Assembly (NCBI GenBank): GCA_035084275.1
Contig: CM068747.1
Coordinates: forward strand, 13,950,001 to 14,014,000
Source: Hydrolagus colliei
Lineage: Eukaryota
Direction: 5' to 3'
DNA length: 64,000 nucleotides
Position numbers and translations under genes: made by a program. Below the pieces are notes generated by a model that had not been told where the DNA came from, made no database searches, and saw nothing but the letters and a program-made list of their open reading frames with translations. Positions 62,042 to 64,000 of the stretch are shown one piece after another. The first letter of the stretch is position 1. Each line of letters opens with the position of its first letter.

Positions 62042-63000
62042 CTGAAGCAAGAAATAGAAGCGAATCTATTTGCTTCAAGGTGATTTTTGGCCTGAAGCGA
62101 TTCACAAAACTCTTTTTTTTAAAAAAAAACCTGTGATAGTTAACATCAAGCCTGGAGAAAATGATCTGCTTTCTACCTTTAGGGGTTGTATCCTAATTGT
62201 ATCATTGAGGAGAGTTAACAGAAGAATGCAGTGGGACTATATGTGGAAACAGCAGCAAACATCTCAGTAAATGATGATGACCCATACCTTACTTACCAAT
62301 CAGGAAATGCTGGAAGGAGAACAAGTCATGGTGCCTGGAAGGAGGAGATGTAACCTCATGGCCTCAAACTTGAATTTAATATCTTTTTATATCAGCTTCA
62401 TATTAGGTCACTCACATTGTAATCGCTTAGATCAAATTAGCTCAATTTGGGCATTCATTTCATGGCTGTTGATGGGACTCTGCTGTGCGCAAAGTGGCTG
62501 CCATTTTTGCCTACAAATACAACAACAACAATAAAATTACATATATATATATAGATATATATATAAAAAATAGCACCTAACATGTCAGGAGTCAGTATAC
62601 TGCACAATAAATCCCAAAGTGTTTTGCAATCCCTCAACAAATGGGACAATGAGACCGTCATCAAATGCAAGACATTATTATTGTTCAATACAAACAACAC
62701 CAAACATTAACAAAAGGTGTTTATTTGCATATATTTTATCCTCAGACTTCCTGATTAGCTCACTGGGTATGCCAAAACTAAGGATTGAACAGCCAGAACA
62801 AATAACCTGCTGCGTGTTCCCAGTGACTTGTTTTTTTCTTCAGATAATGGACAGGTTCAGCATACCCCATCAATTAAGTTAAACACAACCAGACAATCCT
62901 GTTTGAAAGTGAATCAACAAGTGGAGAATAAAGGCAATACTAATTACAAAAGTTCTCAACATACCTCACAGTAGTCAGGTTACTGCAAACACCTGAATTC

Positions 63001-63697
63001 TAATAATCATCTTTGCATTTGATATAGTGCTTTTCACGTCTTCCAGACGTCTCAAACAGCTTCACAGAATATACTGTAAAGTGAATTGACTACAATTGTG
63101 AGTCAAAGGCAGCAGCCAATTGCACACAGCAGTGTCCCACAAACAGTCGTGGATTGGTGACCAATCCCTCAATTTTTTTTTGAGGGATTATTATTATTAG
63201 GCTAGTGGAGTAGGGAAACTTGCCCAAAGTTTTGTCCTGTCTGGAATCAAACCCAGGTCTCCCACTTGTAAGGCGAGTGCTCTAGCCACTGAGCTAATAG
63301 ATAGGGATTCAGAACATTCACTTTTACAATGTGGTGAAAGTATTCAAACTTGACCACAGAACCACTGACTTGGCATGGATATGAAACACTTCAATTAATA
63401 ATAACGATCCCTGCATTTGATACAGTGCCTTAACAAGTCACCGAGAGGTGTCCCACTGCACTCGGCAACCAATTGTGCACAGCAGTGCCCTATAAACAGT
63501 CCCAGATTGAGTGACCAAATTATTATATTTTTGAAAGGGATCATTACCTCCAGAAAGCGATCTGCCAATCGACCAATAACCGGGTTTCTACTTACCGCTG
63601 GGTAAACAGAGACACGTGGAACAAGGGAACTTGCCCATGGTTTCACCCTGTTCAGGAATTGAACCCAAGTCCTCTTGCTTGTGAGGCCTCTAACCAA
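63001..63697 (-). mobile_element. Two tRNA-derived SINEs (63001-63296 short; 63396-63697 long)
   Basis: Family matches. Many further partial copies occur elsewhere, for example near 1-90, 27660-27805, 35840-36130, 37200-37715, 47570-47815, 48855-49040 and 58930-59080. Confidence 0.8.
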
Positions 63698-64000
63698 TAC
63701 ATTAAACCACTTACTAAATGACCAATTAAATACGCTTGGGCTGCAAAGTTCATCAGAACTCCGCTACCTTTCCCGTTGCTTCTTGATTGGATGTTTGAAA
63801 CAATACAGTCATTCCACTTCACAGTAAAGTCTGTGAAGTGCTTTGAGACGACCTCCCGATATCAAATATAAAGAATCAAATATTTAAAAAATCAATTTGC
63901 ATACTGTCTTACACATAAAAAGAGCTGTTTATAGAATTAGATTAATTTGAAATGAAGTGAATATTGCTGTGCAGGGAAATGCCCAGCTAATTTGCAATAG

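Overview
Vertebrate genomic DNA, AT-rich and repeat-dense, with one 212-nt N gap. A cartilaginous fish, possibly a chimaera, is inferred from the repeat types and protein divergence but is not proven. The whole window lies inside the minus-strand gene MBD5 (methyl-CpG-binding domain protein 5). Five coding exons with canonical GT-AG sites can be assembled in frame: 41178-41069, 26001-25899, 22149-21969, 19976-17877 and 7510-6512 (3493 nt, about 1164 codons). The 3' exons (PWWP region) were not found and should lie left of the window; the promoter should lie to the right. The introns hold many tRNA-derived SINEs, Deu-domain SINEs, L2 and CR1 LINE fragments, a decayed 3-kb hAT transposon, three hAT MITE families and a pogo/Tigger MITE family. 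Best leads: (1) the pogo MITE preserves a transposase N-terminus closely resembling Jerky/JRK and has gained an internal fold-back palindrome, with a single-arm form also present; (2) a frame-preserving 72-nt candidate cassette exon with a 120-nt AG-exclusion zone; (3) candidate 5'UTR exons and a uATG-dense leader, including a possible spliced 85-aa uORF; (4) a three-level transposon nest; (5) a probable intronic-polyadenylation short isoform. No prokaryotic-type systems, CRISPR arrays or true tRNA/rRNA genes were seen. Comparisons with human MBD5 and JRK are from memory and need alignment.
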